Assembly: GCA_002104905.1 (NCBI GenBank)
Contig: MCFE01000227.1
Span: 58,436 to 122,435 of the forward strand
DNA: 64,000 nt
Direction: 5' to 3'
Source of the DNA: Basidiobolus meristosporus CBS 931.73
Lineage: Eukaryota; Fungi; Basidiobolomycota
Shown: piece after piece, positions 14,501 through 27,641 of the stretch
Layout of the letters: every line of letters starts with the position of its first letter
Numbering within the stretch: position 1 is the first letter of the stretch
Notes under the pieces: generated by a model
The model's database searches: none
Told to the model about the DNA's origin: nothing
What the model saw: only the letters and a program-made list of their open reading frames with translations
Position numbers and translations under genes: made by a program

Positions 14501-17353
14501 TCTATCAAGAAAGAAGCACTGGGAGTACTCTATGTACTCAAAAAGCTAAAGCCATACTTATTAGGAGTACACTTCACACTGGAGGTTGATGCCAAGCCAT
14601 TATTAGAAATGTTGAATAAGTTGGAGCTTTTGCCTGATTCTATTCTAGCATGGTGGATATCATACATCCAGATCTTTGACTTTACGCTGCAACACATACC
14701 AGGAGCCAATCACAAAGGACATGATGCCTTATCTAGAAAGCAACCAAATTCACTGTACTCAACTGATGATGGTGAGATTGATGAGTTTCTTGAAAACACT
14801 AGTCTTGGATTCTCATTCAGACATATGATACAAAGCAATTATCATCAAATCAAGGAATTTCTTACATCACTCAAAGTTCCTGCTGATATTCCCACAAATC
14901 AATGCTCAAATTTTAAAAGGACAGCTCTGAAGTTTATACTGCATGATGGCACACTTTTCAGAAAAAGCAAACATGGAGTTCCTTGACGGTATATACATAA
15001 CAAGCATGATCAAGAGAAGATCATTCAAGAATTGCATGAATCTGAATCAGGAGGTCATAAGGGAATTATATCAACATATGCAAAAATCTCCTTATGGTAT
15101 TTTTGGCCAATGCTGTACACCAACACAAAAGAATATGTGAAATCATGTATTCCATGTCAAAGAAGAGACAACCAAAAGATGCATCAACCACTTCACAGTA
15201 TATACACATCTTATGCTTGGCAAATTGCACATGTAGATATTTTACATTTACCAAGTGCAACAGCTGGGTATAAGTATGTGGTGGACTGTTGTGATAACTT
15301 TACTGGCTGGATAGAGTCTAGAATGCTGAAGCAAGCCAATGCAAAAGCAGTAGCAAGATTTCTCAAAGAAGATGTATGTCTCAGACATGGTTCAGTTAGC
15401 ACCCTTATTGCAGACAATGGAGAATGTGGATCTTATGAAATACAAGCACTAGCAACAAAGCATGGAACCAAGCTTATACATACTACACCATATCACCCAC
15501 AAGTAAATTCACCAGTTGAATGTGGACATTCTGCTTTTGCAAACACATTAGCAAAGCTTAGCTATGAAGAACCCAACAAGTGGGCAAATAACTTTCATGC
15601 AGCAATTTGGGCTGATAGAGTTACGGTTAAAAGAAGTACAGGGTATACACCATTTTTTTTAATATATGGACATGAAGCTGTTTTGCCAATAGACATATCT
15701 TTTGAGAATTGGCTTACCCTCCCATGGAAACCAACCATGACAGCATCAGAGCTATTGCTAGCAAGAGTACAACAGATTCCACAAGCACACACTCTGCAAC
15801 AGAATGCAATAGAAAACCTGAAGAAATCCAGAATGGTTGGCAAGGAGTACTTTGATGCTCAAAAATGCCTAAGAAAAACATTGTTAGAAGTAGGTGAGTT
15901 GATACTACTTCACAACACAAAAAGCCAAAGAAACAAGGCATCCAAGCTGGATATGCAATGGCAAGGTCCCTACAAGATCATACATGCAAACAAGAATGGA
16001 TCTTACAAACTAGCAGAACTTGACGGTACACCACTTGCACTGACACAACCTGGTAACAGATTGAAGAAGTTCCATATCAGAAGTAATAATGAGGGCATTA
16101 TTTCTCAAAGTTAGGGGAGACTTGTGGTAGAGGAAAGTATTCCATTACTACAATATCTCTAAACCAATATTGCACTCATATCTTTATTTTGCTTTTTGCT
16201 ATTGTAACACACAAGTGAAAGATCAAGAATTTCCAACTTTGAAGGGCAAATGCTCCAGACCCTGACAAGCAATCCACCCAGGAATATTATGTCATACAGA
16301 ACACATAGTAGCCAACACATGTTTAAAATTACAGCTCATTTGAAGCAGTACTTAAGGAGTTATGACCAAAAGAGTTCAATTATTATATATACTATGCCTT
16401 ATTGCTAGGATTACTAGGGTGACTTTGATCGCATGTAACTTTTGAACCAGCCAATCAAATCACGTGAAATTTTACAGGTGCTGCGCCTATGTCTGATCTG
16501 CGCCACTGCAAAATTTTAGCTTTGTATCACGTGTATTGTTTGCACAATTGCCCAAAAACTTTGATCCTTCAAAATTTTCATATATATGACTCCCCCAGCT
16601 GAAAAATAAAGAGAGAGCCTCTCTTTCCAGAATCTCCACACTACAATTACAAGTCTAAAGGTTATAAGACTTCCCCTGCATCACTTGCACTGTTGAGTAT
16701 TCTGACTTTGATCAGTACTACATCAGTAAAGAGACTGCAAAGCTCACAAGAATCCAATATAAGTTCTACAAGAAACTACCATTTTTCTGTAGGAAAAGTC
16801 CCCTCTAAGAAACCACTTTACTCTAAAGACACCCCTTTAGGTCTAAAGACCCCTTTAGAGACTTCTACAACACACCCCTTTAGGTTAAAGGGGAGCTCAG
16901 AATTTCTGTATTAGGAAATATTTTCTCAGAAAGGAAAGTGACTTCCAAATAAGGAAAAGTTACTATAAAAGTAAATAAGCTGATTAGTTGACAGAAGGCC
17001 AGAACACTGCTGTAGAAGCAATAAACACTGCCTACAGTACATTTCAAGCCTAAGATTGAGAAAATTAGTGAAAGTTATATCTTCTATTGGTAAATCAAAC
17101 TCCCAATAAAATATTTCAGTATTAGCATACTGGAAGTTGTTGTATATTGTTGATTAGCCTCTACATTGTAGAACAAGCCCCAAACTAATCATAATACCAC
17201 ACAACACTTCCTTAATCTATTCTACATGTTTGTAAAGTCAAGACCATGTTAAAGTATAAATACTACTTTTACATTCAATAAATCAGTAAATGAGAACCAC
17301 ATAATCTACTTGTCCTCCCAATCACTTCCAATATCTCCAAGACTCTTACAGCA
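5574..17353 (+). mobile_element. Full-length degenerate Ty1/copia retrotransposon; 3' LTR split by a gypsy insertion
   Basis: 5' LTR 5574-5920; PBS GGTTATGAGCCC 5921-5932; gag (partly duplicated ~6260-6480), protease, integrase, RT (LALYVDDL), RNase H (GYSDADWG) ending 10065; PPT; 3' LTR at 10077-10282 plus 17207-17353; TSD AAAAC/AAAGC. Confidence 0.92.
10283..17201 (+). mobile_element. Ty3/gypsy retrotransposon inactivated by stop codons
   Basis: LTR copies at 10283-11123 and 16123 onward; gag with CCHC knuckle CVYCESAEHSRYGC; protease FDSGS; RT LDLYSAYDQI and FLDDI; RNase H; integrase HHCC plus core after RT (gypsy order); PPT AGTTAGGGGAGAC; termini TGTGGTA...TACCACA. Confidence 0.92.
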
Positions 17354-18400
17354 AAAGCGCATATTGTTATTGGCATTGGAGATACCCAGCAATCAGCAAG
17401 ATAGCAGGTCTTTCTGGGCACAAGGGACAGTATTGCTGCCAACTGTGTGAGATCCAGGGGATTCACTCCATAACTCACACACATTGGTATTACCCCAACA
17501 CCGCCACTAAGAACATCATCTTCCCACAGATAGAACCTGCAGAAGTCAGCATGCAATTGCAGCAAAGTTGGCAAGCTATAAGCCATTGGCCAGAATATGG
17601 AATCAACTAGAAACCAGATATAGTTAAGGTAGAGAGTATCTGTTGGAGCAAAAACTTTCCACGGGGAGCAATGCATTTGCTTTTTGACAATATCCCTACA
17701 CTGACAACCAGGTTGTACACAGGGCATTTCAAGCTAAATGGGCCCTTCAACTTACTGGGGAAATTTGAAAGAACTGGCATGATAATAAAGAGTATCCACT
17801 ACCCTAAGTACCCCTCACAGGCTTCAATCCATTTTCATATGCATATGCAACAATACAGATGCAAAGACTGGATGAGTTGGATATGTATCTATTGAAGTGA
17901 AATTCTGAGGCCATTCCTACCAGGAGTAGATTGAAAGCATTGGAGGTCATATGCAGACATTATAGGGATATTTACACAGAAGCAGATCACCAATGCCAAC
18001 TTGACACATCTACAGCTGTTGTGCAAGTAGTTTGTAGCGGGATTTGAGCAACTATACTACAAACATAAAGCTGAACACATAGATCTTGGTGGCTACTGTA
18101 TTCATTCTCTGCTCCATCTTGCTCTGAGTGTGGAGAATATTGGGCTTTGCCTCACCTTTTGGGAGTTGCTATGGAGTGGATGAGCAGGTGGATAGGGAGA
18201 CAAGTCAAGTTGCAGGTACTGCCATATCTTAATCTCATCAAGAATACTACCTTCAAGTCTGTCATGGATGCAATCAGTTGGCACATGGAGGACAGCCAGG
18301 AAGAGTTGGACAATACTGAGGACAGACATGCACAAGAAGACACCTATACCTTTGGAATTGAGAAGCTAAGCAGTCCCAATATGGGGATAATCAGTTAAGT
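17354..18400 (+). mobile_element. CACTA/EnSpm transposase fragment, part C (right limit approximate)
   Basis: Joining 5568 to 17354 restores HVKAHIVIGIGD..AISKIAGLSGHKGQYCCQLCEIQG; continues MHLLFDNI...YRCKDWMSW and ends near LPYLNL. Confidence 0.75.
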
Positions 18401-19329
18401 AATGCAAAGTTGGGTTGGGTACAACAAGCAACTAATTTTTAATAGGAAAAATCTACCAAGGTATGCCAGGTTTCTCATGGTCACAGCCAACTTCTACACC
18501 ATTCAATACAGAATTCACACAAACAAGAGCCAGAGCACACCTATATGGGGGACTAGAATCCAGCAGGGAGAAGGATTATATTGGCTATATATCAAAAGGT
18601 TCTTTACAGATATTTAGGAGGTATTCATGGCAGAAGTGGCAGCAACCAAGCATATGTTTGCAAGATGTATATGTTACCAGCAGTACAAGGTGTATGGCAA
18701 CTTTGTAAGTTTCACACTAAATGGCTGTAAAGCTCAGGTAATAGAAGTATATCAATTACAATAGGTGTGCAAGTTTGTAGAGGTTAGTAAGCAGGAGGCC
18801 ATAGTATTTTTTGATTCAAACTATAGGTGGAATACCCAAGGTAGTAGTGGGTAGGCAGATAAAAAGGGGTGATTCTACAGTGGAATATATGAATTGCACA
18901 AGGGGAGGTTGAAAAAGGAAATAACATTTGGTAAATTGGTGTGGTGGCATTGTACAGAACTAGTGGTAGGCTGCAATACTGCCATGATAATGCCATTGGA
19001 GACTTGCAAAGAGACTGGCAAAACACTGTCAAGTTTTTTGTCATATAAGGCAATGGGATGTACTGGCTGTTTAGATCCATTCAAAATGGCTATAGAGTGC
19101 ATTAAGACTGCTACAATGCCATGCAATTATTGCTACAGCACCAATCAAACCTCATCAAGTTTTTGAAATTTATTGGGCAGTAAAATTAGCTAAATGCCAT
19201 TGTGATCCCTTCAAAATATCATTAAGGTGGTGACTAGTTCCAAGCTGCTGGTATTATGTTGATGTCCAAATGGGATCCTGACAGCTGATCAGGATTGGAT
19301 TCACCTGCAGGGCCAAGTTATTTTTCATA

Positions 19330-22300
19330 GGAAGAATTGCCCTGCTATTGGATGAGATGGAATATGTGGGTGTACCAACTGCTGATGAGGATATGATAGT
19401 AATCATTCTGAATAACCTGACAGACAAGTTTCAGGGCCTTGTATCAGCCCTAGAGTCCAGAACTGAAGATTTGACCTTAAATTATGTATATGGAAGGCTC
19501 CTGGATGAAGAAGTAACAAAATCAAGAGCCAATAAGAGGGAAGAAGAAAATGCTTCAATAATCAATGCTAACCAACAAATGATATACCTAAGACCATTTA
19601 AAGGCAGTCTAACCTGCTGTGCAACTACTGAAAAAGGAAAGCACACACATCAGACTGGTACTTCAAAAAGAGAGATAGTCAGCAGAAGTAGCCTAAGCAT
19701 AGGTATACTGCAACAACCAAAGATAGACTATTCATATCTACACTAAATATGACCACAAGCAAGGATTCTCAGACATGGTATATACACTTTGGAACAACTC
19801 AATACTTTACAACCAAAAGATTTTTGTACCCAATATTAAGAAGTTCCAATTAAGAAGACTTTTATAGGTGACAATAGAACACATGATGCAGTGGGACAAG
19901 GAAATATCCAAGTAAACCTTAGGAGCAGTGAAGGAAGCCATACTCTTACCTTCAAAGAACTACTCTATGTACCAGAAATAGCCAAGAACCTACTATCTGT
20001 AAGCAAGGCCTTGGCAGAAGGACTCTGTTTCCACTTTGACAATTCTGGATGCAGGATCACTAATCTAAATGCGGCTCTTATCTCTTCAGGTAGCAGAGAT
20101 CCAAATCTGTATAAGCTGACTCATTTCCATCATATGTAGAAGTCAATATAAGTAACTCAAATGAAGAAACACCAATGCTTTGGCACAGGAGATTTGGACA
20201 CATCAATTTTGATCATTTATACAAAATGATCAAATATAAGCCAATTTCTAGAGTAAAGTTTGTTCCCTAGCTGATTTGGAGCACTATGCAGCTTGTATAT
20301 ATGGGAAACATGCCAGACAACCATTCAAGAGCTCCAGTTCAATTAAGACTAGGAAACAACTTAATCTAACTCACTTAGATCTGTGTGGACTTGTGCAAAT
20401 TTATCCCTAAGTAGGATGAAGTGTTTAATCACTGTTATTGATGATTATACAAGATACATGTGGGTCTATGTCATGGAGAGTAAGAAAGAAGCTCTGTCAA
20501 AGATTAGGGTGCTTAAAGTTGTGGCAGAGAGAGAAACTGGTGAAAAATCAAGAAAATACTCTCTGACAATGGTGGAGAATATACCTCAGAACTCTTCATC
20601 CCCTTCTGCAAAACTCATGTGATAAGGCAAGAGACTACTGTGCCACACTCCCCACAGCAAAATGGAGTAGCAGGACATGCAAGCAGATCAAAAGTTGATA
20701 AGGCAAGATCCTGAGTCCATGCTCTGAAGTTATTGTATGATTTTGGGAGGAATCAGATGCCACAGCTGTAAACCTGAAAAATAGGGGTTATAGCAGAATA
20801 CTTTATGATTCTGCTCCATTTGAAATATGGTATGGATACAGATCAAGTGCAGAATATTTAAGAATACTCAGATGCATAGGTCATGCCAACATACTTCCCA
20901 GAAATCAGTCAAGTTATGAGCCAAAATGTGTAAAAAAAATATTTTTGGCCTACTGCAAAGACATTAAAGCATACAGAGTTTAAAATATTGAGGAAAAGAA
21001 GCTAATCAAGCTCAGGGATTTTTTATTTGATGAAAATTCATGATGTTGATAGAAAATGACATCAAATGATGACAAAAATCTGATCTTAAGTCCACTAGTT
21101 GTTAGGATTGAATCAGAGCAAAACAATGAAAGCCTTTTCACTCCAGAGGACCCTACAACCATGGTTCAGCCTGAAGCAGTGCTCAGGAATATCCCAGAAG
21201 TGATTATTCTGGTACCAAATGCCCAAAGATTCAATCAGACAAGAAATAGCCCAAGTTATTATATCAATGAGTGTATAAACTTAGCCTATGCCTATTCAGT
21301 CCATATTGATGGGCCCCAGACTGTAAAAGTGGCCCTAAATAGCCCTCAGGCAATGTTTTAGAGATCTGCAACAATTGAGGAATATTAGGCCCTAATGGAA
21401 AATTAAATTTGGGACTTAGTCATATTACCAATCAACCAAAAATCAATTGATTGCATATGGGTCCCTAAGACAAAATACAAGGCCAATAGTACAAGTGAGA
21501 GATGCAATGCAAGACTTGTGGCCAAAGGATACTCTCCAACAAAAGGACTTGATAATACTGAGACCTTTGCACCAGTAGCTAAGTTTAATTCCATCAGATT
21601 AATATTGACTATTGCAGCCAAATATTAGTTTTTTATACATCAAATGGATGTAAAACTGCATTTTTGAATGTACAACTTGATGAGAATGTATATATGAACC
21701 AGCATGATGGGAATGTTAACCAAGATTACCCCATTTGGTGTGCAAGCTTAAAAAGTCTCTATATGGACTCAAACAATCACTAAGAGCCTGGAATTGCAAA
21801 AAAGATTCTTATTTGGAAACTTTAAGTTTCAAATGAAGTAATGCTGAGTATAGTACATACTGTAAGCCAGATAGAGCAAGTTCAGCTCTATTAGCTCCAT
21901 ATGTGGATGATACTTGTATAGTCACCAATAACCTAGAAACATTGCAAGAGACTAAATCCAGCCTATCCCCAGAGTGAAGATGTCCAATCAAGGAGAACTC
22001 ATTAATTACCTGGGGATAAATTCTCCATAAACAGAGGTACCCAGACTATCACCCTAAGCCAATCCAGATATATTCAAGATATACTAAAGAAGTACAAAAT
22101 GGATGAATGTAAACTGGCTGCTACCCCAATGGAGACAAACCTTAACTTGGTCAAAACTCAACCAAATCAAGAGAGCTTGGTGCCATCTGAAAGCCCAGAC
22201 TTATCTTAGCAATCTATGATTGGTAGGCTGATATATAGTATGCTTGGAACACGCTCAGATATCTATCATTCAGTGGGAGTGGTCAGCCAGCATGATCAGA

Positions 22301-22945
22301 ACAATAGATCTGATCATATTGCAGCAGTTAGTGGATTCTTAGATACCTAAGCAAAACTCCTAATATCTGCTTAAGTTACACCTATAAGGATTCAGAACAG
22401 GGTTGTTTGGGGTACTCTGATGCTAATTGGGGACAAACCTAGAAGACAGATGATCCACCAAAGGATACACCTTTCTTTACTGTAACAGAGCAATTTCATA
22501 GAATTCAAGAAAGCAATCAACTGTAGTACTTTCTACCACAGAGGCAGAGTATACAGCAGCCTGTGAAGCTATAAAAGAAGCAATGTGGTTAAGGAAGCTT
22601 TTTAAAGATCTAGGCCTATGTCAAAAAATGCCTATTACTTTATTTCAAGATAATCAAGGATGTATACAATTAGGTAGAAATCTGACTTTCATGTTGGAAC
22701 TAAGCACATAAATATTGGACATCATTTCATATGTGAAGCTTTAGAGAACAACTTAGCTAACTTAGCTTACTGTCCTACAGATGAAATGATTGCAGACATA
22801 TTCACCAAACCACTAGCTATAGACAAGTTTGAATATTTTAGGTCAAAATTAGGACTAGCCAGTATGAGCACTTTACTGAGTGGAGGTGTTGTAGAAATTT
22901 GTGATTCCAGCTAAATACTAACCTAACTTAGTCAGTTATATCACA
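19330..22945 (+). mobile_element. Ty1/copia remnant without 5' LTR and with truncated 3' LTR (22887-~22945)
   Basis: Decayed gag-pol colinear with 6500-10065; PPT ACTGAGTGGAGG followed by TGTTGTAG. Confidence 0.85.
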
Positions 22946-24221
22946 GAAACTAAGCACATATATATTAGATATTGTATCATTTGTGAAGCTATGGAGAATA
23001 TCCTGGTAAACCAAGCTTACTCTGCTACAGATTAGACTTGTTGTGTTGGATGGTGCCACATTGAGCCATGAGTGCCAAATGATGCCATAGTGTGCCAGGG
23101 AGGCCAAGTGAGCCCAAACTTGGCCACAGAGTGTGAAACATAGCCCTGCATCTTGATGCAAAGCAGCCCCTGTGTTTCACCCATTGTGTTGGAGAAAATC
23201 TATTTTTTGATGTTTTTTTGTGGATCAATGTTGTGCAGGATATGTAAGAGCGCAAAAGGATTGAAGATATGCATCTGGTACTCAATACCCATGGCACTCT
23301 GAATCTAGCTCCTGTGGCTTGTAACACACCACAAAAATGCATGGCACTATCTTGGTCCACTGGTACTCTGTGGCACTATAAGTGCTATGTATTGATATTA
23401 CATTAGGGCTAAAAATTATATATAGTGCCAGATAGAACCAGTGGACCAAGATAGTGCCATGCATTTTTGTGATGTGTTACAAGCCACAGGAGCTAGATTC
23501 AGAGTGCCATGGGTATTGAGTACCAGATGCATATCTTCAATCCTTTTGCGCTCTTACACATCCTGCACAACATTGATCCACAAAAAAACATCAAAAAATA
23601 GATTTTCTCCAACACAATTGGTGAAACACAGGGGCTGCTTTGCATCAAGATGCAGAGCTATGTTTCACACTCTGTGGCCAAGTTTGGGCTCACTTGGCCT
23701 CCCTGGCACACTATGGCATCATTTGGCACTCATGGCTCAATGTGGCACTATCCAACAGAACAAGTTTATTAAATGCTTGTAGATATATTTACCAAAGCAT
23801 TAGTTAGAGATAAATAGATTAACTTTGGTCACAGTTAGAACTAGTCAATAGATACATATAGCTGAGTGGTAGTGTTGTAAAAGTTTGTAATTCCACTTAT
23901 ATATTCACCTTATGTAGACGCTTAGATCATCTCCTTCAAATCCTAGAGAATACTAACCAAAATGCTTGTTGGGATTTACTTAAAATATTTTCATCAAAAT
24001 ATCAGGTACCCAGAGCATGAAAATTCTCAAAGTTGTCCAAACAGCCCCAAACTCTGCACACATGCTCTTAGGACCTTTTTAAACCTATTCTACTTGCTTA
24101 TTATGCCAAGACCATGCAAAAGTATAAATTCTACTTTTACATTCAATTAATCATTAAGTGAAATACACATAATCTACTTGTTCTCCCAATCACTTCCAGC
24201 ATATCCAAGACTCTTACAACA
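22946..24221 (+). mobile_element. Second copia 3' remnant (RNase H end, PPT, LTR 23873-24221) interrupted by the foldback element
   Basis: Degenerate TKH-DIRHHF-EA-ENN coding sequence left of 23034 continues right of 23770; GCTGAGTGGTAG PPT; complete 349-bp LTR. Confidence 0.75.
23034..23767. repeat. 734-bp foldback / MITE-like palindrome
   Basis: Arms ~23034-23380 and ~23421-23767 are near-perfect reverse complements with a 40-bp spacer; flanked by ATT on both sides; rich in GTGCCA/TGGCAC. Confidence 0.9.
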
Positions 24222-27200
24222 CAAATGGGGTAGGAGAGCATAACAAGCCAGCTCACAGGAGCTTTGACAGCCACAGAAGATTCAATCAGAAACCATACCA
24301 ATGGATATAGATGTAATATAGTAGTACTTAACATAGGTGGAATGCTGGAAGCATATGTTTTGCCTCTACTTTTTGTAGAAAGGGCCCTTGCTAGATACTG
24401 TGCTCCATAGACAGAGAGTTGGCAACTGACCAGCAGCCTTAGTCTCACTGTCAGAGCAACCCCCTTGAAATAGGAAAATGACTTGTACCAAGACACATAT
24501 CTTGTATTGAAATTAATATAGAGAAACAGCCCTGATGCATTGCAACTGACAACAGCTATCATGTTCTGATGATCCCCCAATTTGGGTAACAGCTAACATC
24601 ATATTTGCCGCAGGCACTTTATACATCATTAGCTTGGGACAGCTTGCTCAAAAGCTGGAATTAGCACTTGCATTTTCATATATGATCACAAAGTATCAGA
24701 AGCCATCAGAGACCAAGAGGCAAGTTTGTACAGCAAGAACTAACATTGCAGGGAGCCCCAAGCAGGGAGCAAGAGAATACCATCAAGTGGAAAGAGTGCC
24801 AGAAAGCAACATGCCAATAGCAGTCATAGCATAACCAGACCTATACAAAGAAACATGTATAACAGGATGCAAGATTCATCTTGTCTAAGTGGCAGTCTTG
24901 GATCTGATACTGTCAAAGACAAAAGAAAAGGTAAATGCTCAGAGGGGCAAGACAATTACTGAAGCCTGCAAATGTGGGCATTTTTGCCATGCTTTATAAC
25001 CTGGGTATCTGGTGTTTTGGTCAAGTAGAGTATGCAAATCACAACCAGTAGTTTGGCTAGAATACTCCAGGATTTGCTGCCCCATGAGAAATCTCCAACT
25101 TGGAGCTATCTGATAATCTGCTAATATTTTGCTGCTTCTCCATAGGCATATTTGCAGGCATTCTGCTGGTGCTTTTCCTTCCTATTGGCTCCAATACCTG
25201 GTGGATATAGTCAGCAGCTGATTGCCAAATTTGGTATGAGCTCCAGTTGGTTTTGTGTCCTCAAGCAAGATATATCTGCTCATCTGCTAAATAGTTAGTC
25301 CAGGATATGCCTAAAGTTGTTGGTTTTGAGAAAGCTGGAACTCAGGTGATATCATGATGGTATGCTACTAGCCTTTTGTAAGGCATTTTCTCTTTGGGTT
25401 CACTATGATCTGAGCAACTATTTATGTCTATTTTCAGCTGATATCACAAAATCTGTCAAATAACATGACCAATAAAAGTGAACTAGCCTACCACTTGGAG
25501 AATCAGTTCTCTTTAGACTAAAGTAGCTCCTTATCACTTCAAGCCTGCCCAAGAATGAATATGATATACTCAATGAGGAATAGCCTGGTCTTGTAGGTAG
25601 ATCCAATCTAGATGAACCATCCATATCATGTATTACAGCCTTAATAATGCAAGTAACAAGGAATTCTTAACTTCCTAATGGAGTAGTTGCAGCATTGTGA
25701 TAGTGATATGCAGACTAGACAGCTTAAAATAGCATAAACCTAATAGTGTTTTGACAACCTTATTGCAAGATTTTGATGGTAATGATGATACTATTACAGC
25801 CTACATTAATTTAATAGAGCCCAACCTGCCAGTACATTGGTTTGCCATTTATGATAGATATTAGAAGTTATTCAGGGCATCAATTGATGTGCCCAGCCTT
25901 ATCATCTAGTTAGACTTAGCCCAGATAAAGAACCATAAACCAGGTAGATTTTTCTGTGACTAATTAATACCCTACTCTAAGAAAGCTTTACAGTGAGTGG
26001 TCCTCATGGTTTAACATTGACTGAAGAAACCCTGTATTGCTAGCAATCATCAGGACTCCACCAGTTTGGGGGATTAATAATGGCCTGCCAAACTATTAGT
26101 TGTTCAATGAATATTTGGTTTGCCTGTGACAAAATGGATAACAAAGAATGATGAGTTGATCAAGTATCAGCTACATTGTTCAATTACTATTTAACAATCT
26201 TTGATATACTGAATTTGTTATACCTACATAGTAGCCTTGCATTGTTAAGTGGATGACAGTGAGAGCACAACATACTGGTCAACTTTATCCTTACCGTTGA
26301 AATATACCTAATCTTTAGATGGATATTGATATATGCATGATATGGCTCAGCATTCCCCAAGAAAAAAATAGATAACAGGCCAGCAGATTACCATCATAAT
26401 ATCAGCTGAATTCCTGCCTTCTCAAAACTGGCAACTCTCCAAAACTCAGGTTCTGGCTTTTAGGCAGACTAGCAGACATATTTCCCATGAGGAGACAAGG
26501 CCAATTATCATTCATACCAAACATGGTGCTCAGCTGCTCACTACTCCCACCAAAAATTGCAACTGAAAATCTGAATGGAAAACACCAGCTGAGTTTCAGG
26601 CAAAAATCAGATGATTTTCAAGGGTGAGATTTTTCATAGGGATTGGTTGTATATTGGCTAAAAGCATGGGCTTTTACCCCTCCCCCCCCCAAACACTACC
26701 CAGTGCATAGAGCTATACTTGCCTAGTTGCAGATATTTTGGTAATTAGCCTGAGATTCATCAATTATGGGAAGGTGGGGACTTGGCAAACCTCAAAAATA
26801 TTGCTGTAGATATTTGTATGTCCACCAGTCATATCACATTGAGGAAGAAATTTTAGGGGCTTCTTTGGCGGCCATAATGGTTGGTGACGCAACTGCGGGG
26901 CATATCAAAGCCGGGACATCCGTAGCTCAAAAACACATCCTAAAGTAAGCCAGATTATCTTTGAAAAGCTCAAGAGAGCCCTGTATATCGAGCCAACAAC
27001 TCAACGAAAATACTCTATGACAGTATACCATGCCATTCAAAGATCTGGATGTCTGGATGCGACCGATGAAATCTCCTACAATCCATGCCCTAGCGCACGC
27101 AGAGGGGAAATATTGACCTGTAGCAACCTACCCTCTGTACATCGGAATCCAATGATGGGATCCCATGATCTCCGCGTACTGAAACCAGGTAAACCGGAAC

Positions 27201-27641
27201 TCAACGAGGCGCCATCGAGAGTTGGAAGAACACCACATCAGAGGAAGTGAGGGATTCATCGGACGTAATCATTACATGGTGGGAGGGTGATGGATTTAAC
27301 TTTTTTCGGCGTGACACCAGAGTGGTCAGTATGGTGGTCATCCATGATGTCAGTCCATTGGTGGCGGACCCGGAACGGGCAGAATCCAGTTGGCGATGGC
27401 CCGAGGCTAAGACGAAAAAAGCCAGGAAGAGAAGCGGTGATGTCGCACGGCATGATCCATTCGGTAGGGAATCTTGATGGTGTGGGTTGATGTGGATGTG
27501 TACATCGGTGCGTAGGTGATTTGTTACGGGCGCATATATATACAGGAGATCGGTTTGACGCTTGCCGCTTCCTACATTCCCATTCCTGACCTGACTGGCC
27601 CTCAGTCTCTATCTTGTCCCCCCCCCTTACGCCAAACACCC

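Noticed and set aside
23025-23782. Two near-identical 111/113-aa ORFs on opposite strands
   Set aside because: A consequence of the foldback palindrome; no evidence of coding function.
24222-26800. Degenerate CpG-poor stretch considered as LINE or kinase relic
   Set aside because: No convincing motif in any frame by eye.
26766-27600. Short ORFs upstream of P2X
   Set aside because: No motifs or consistent splice structure; treated as promoter/UTR.
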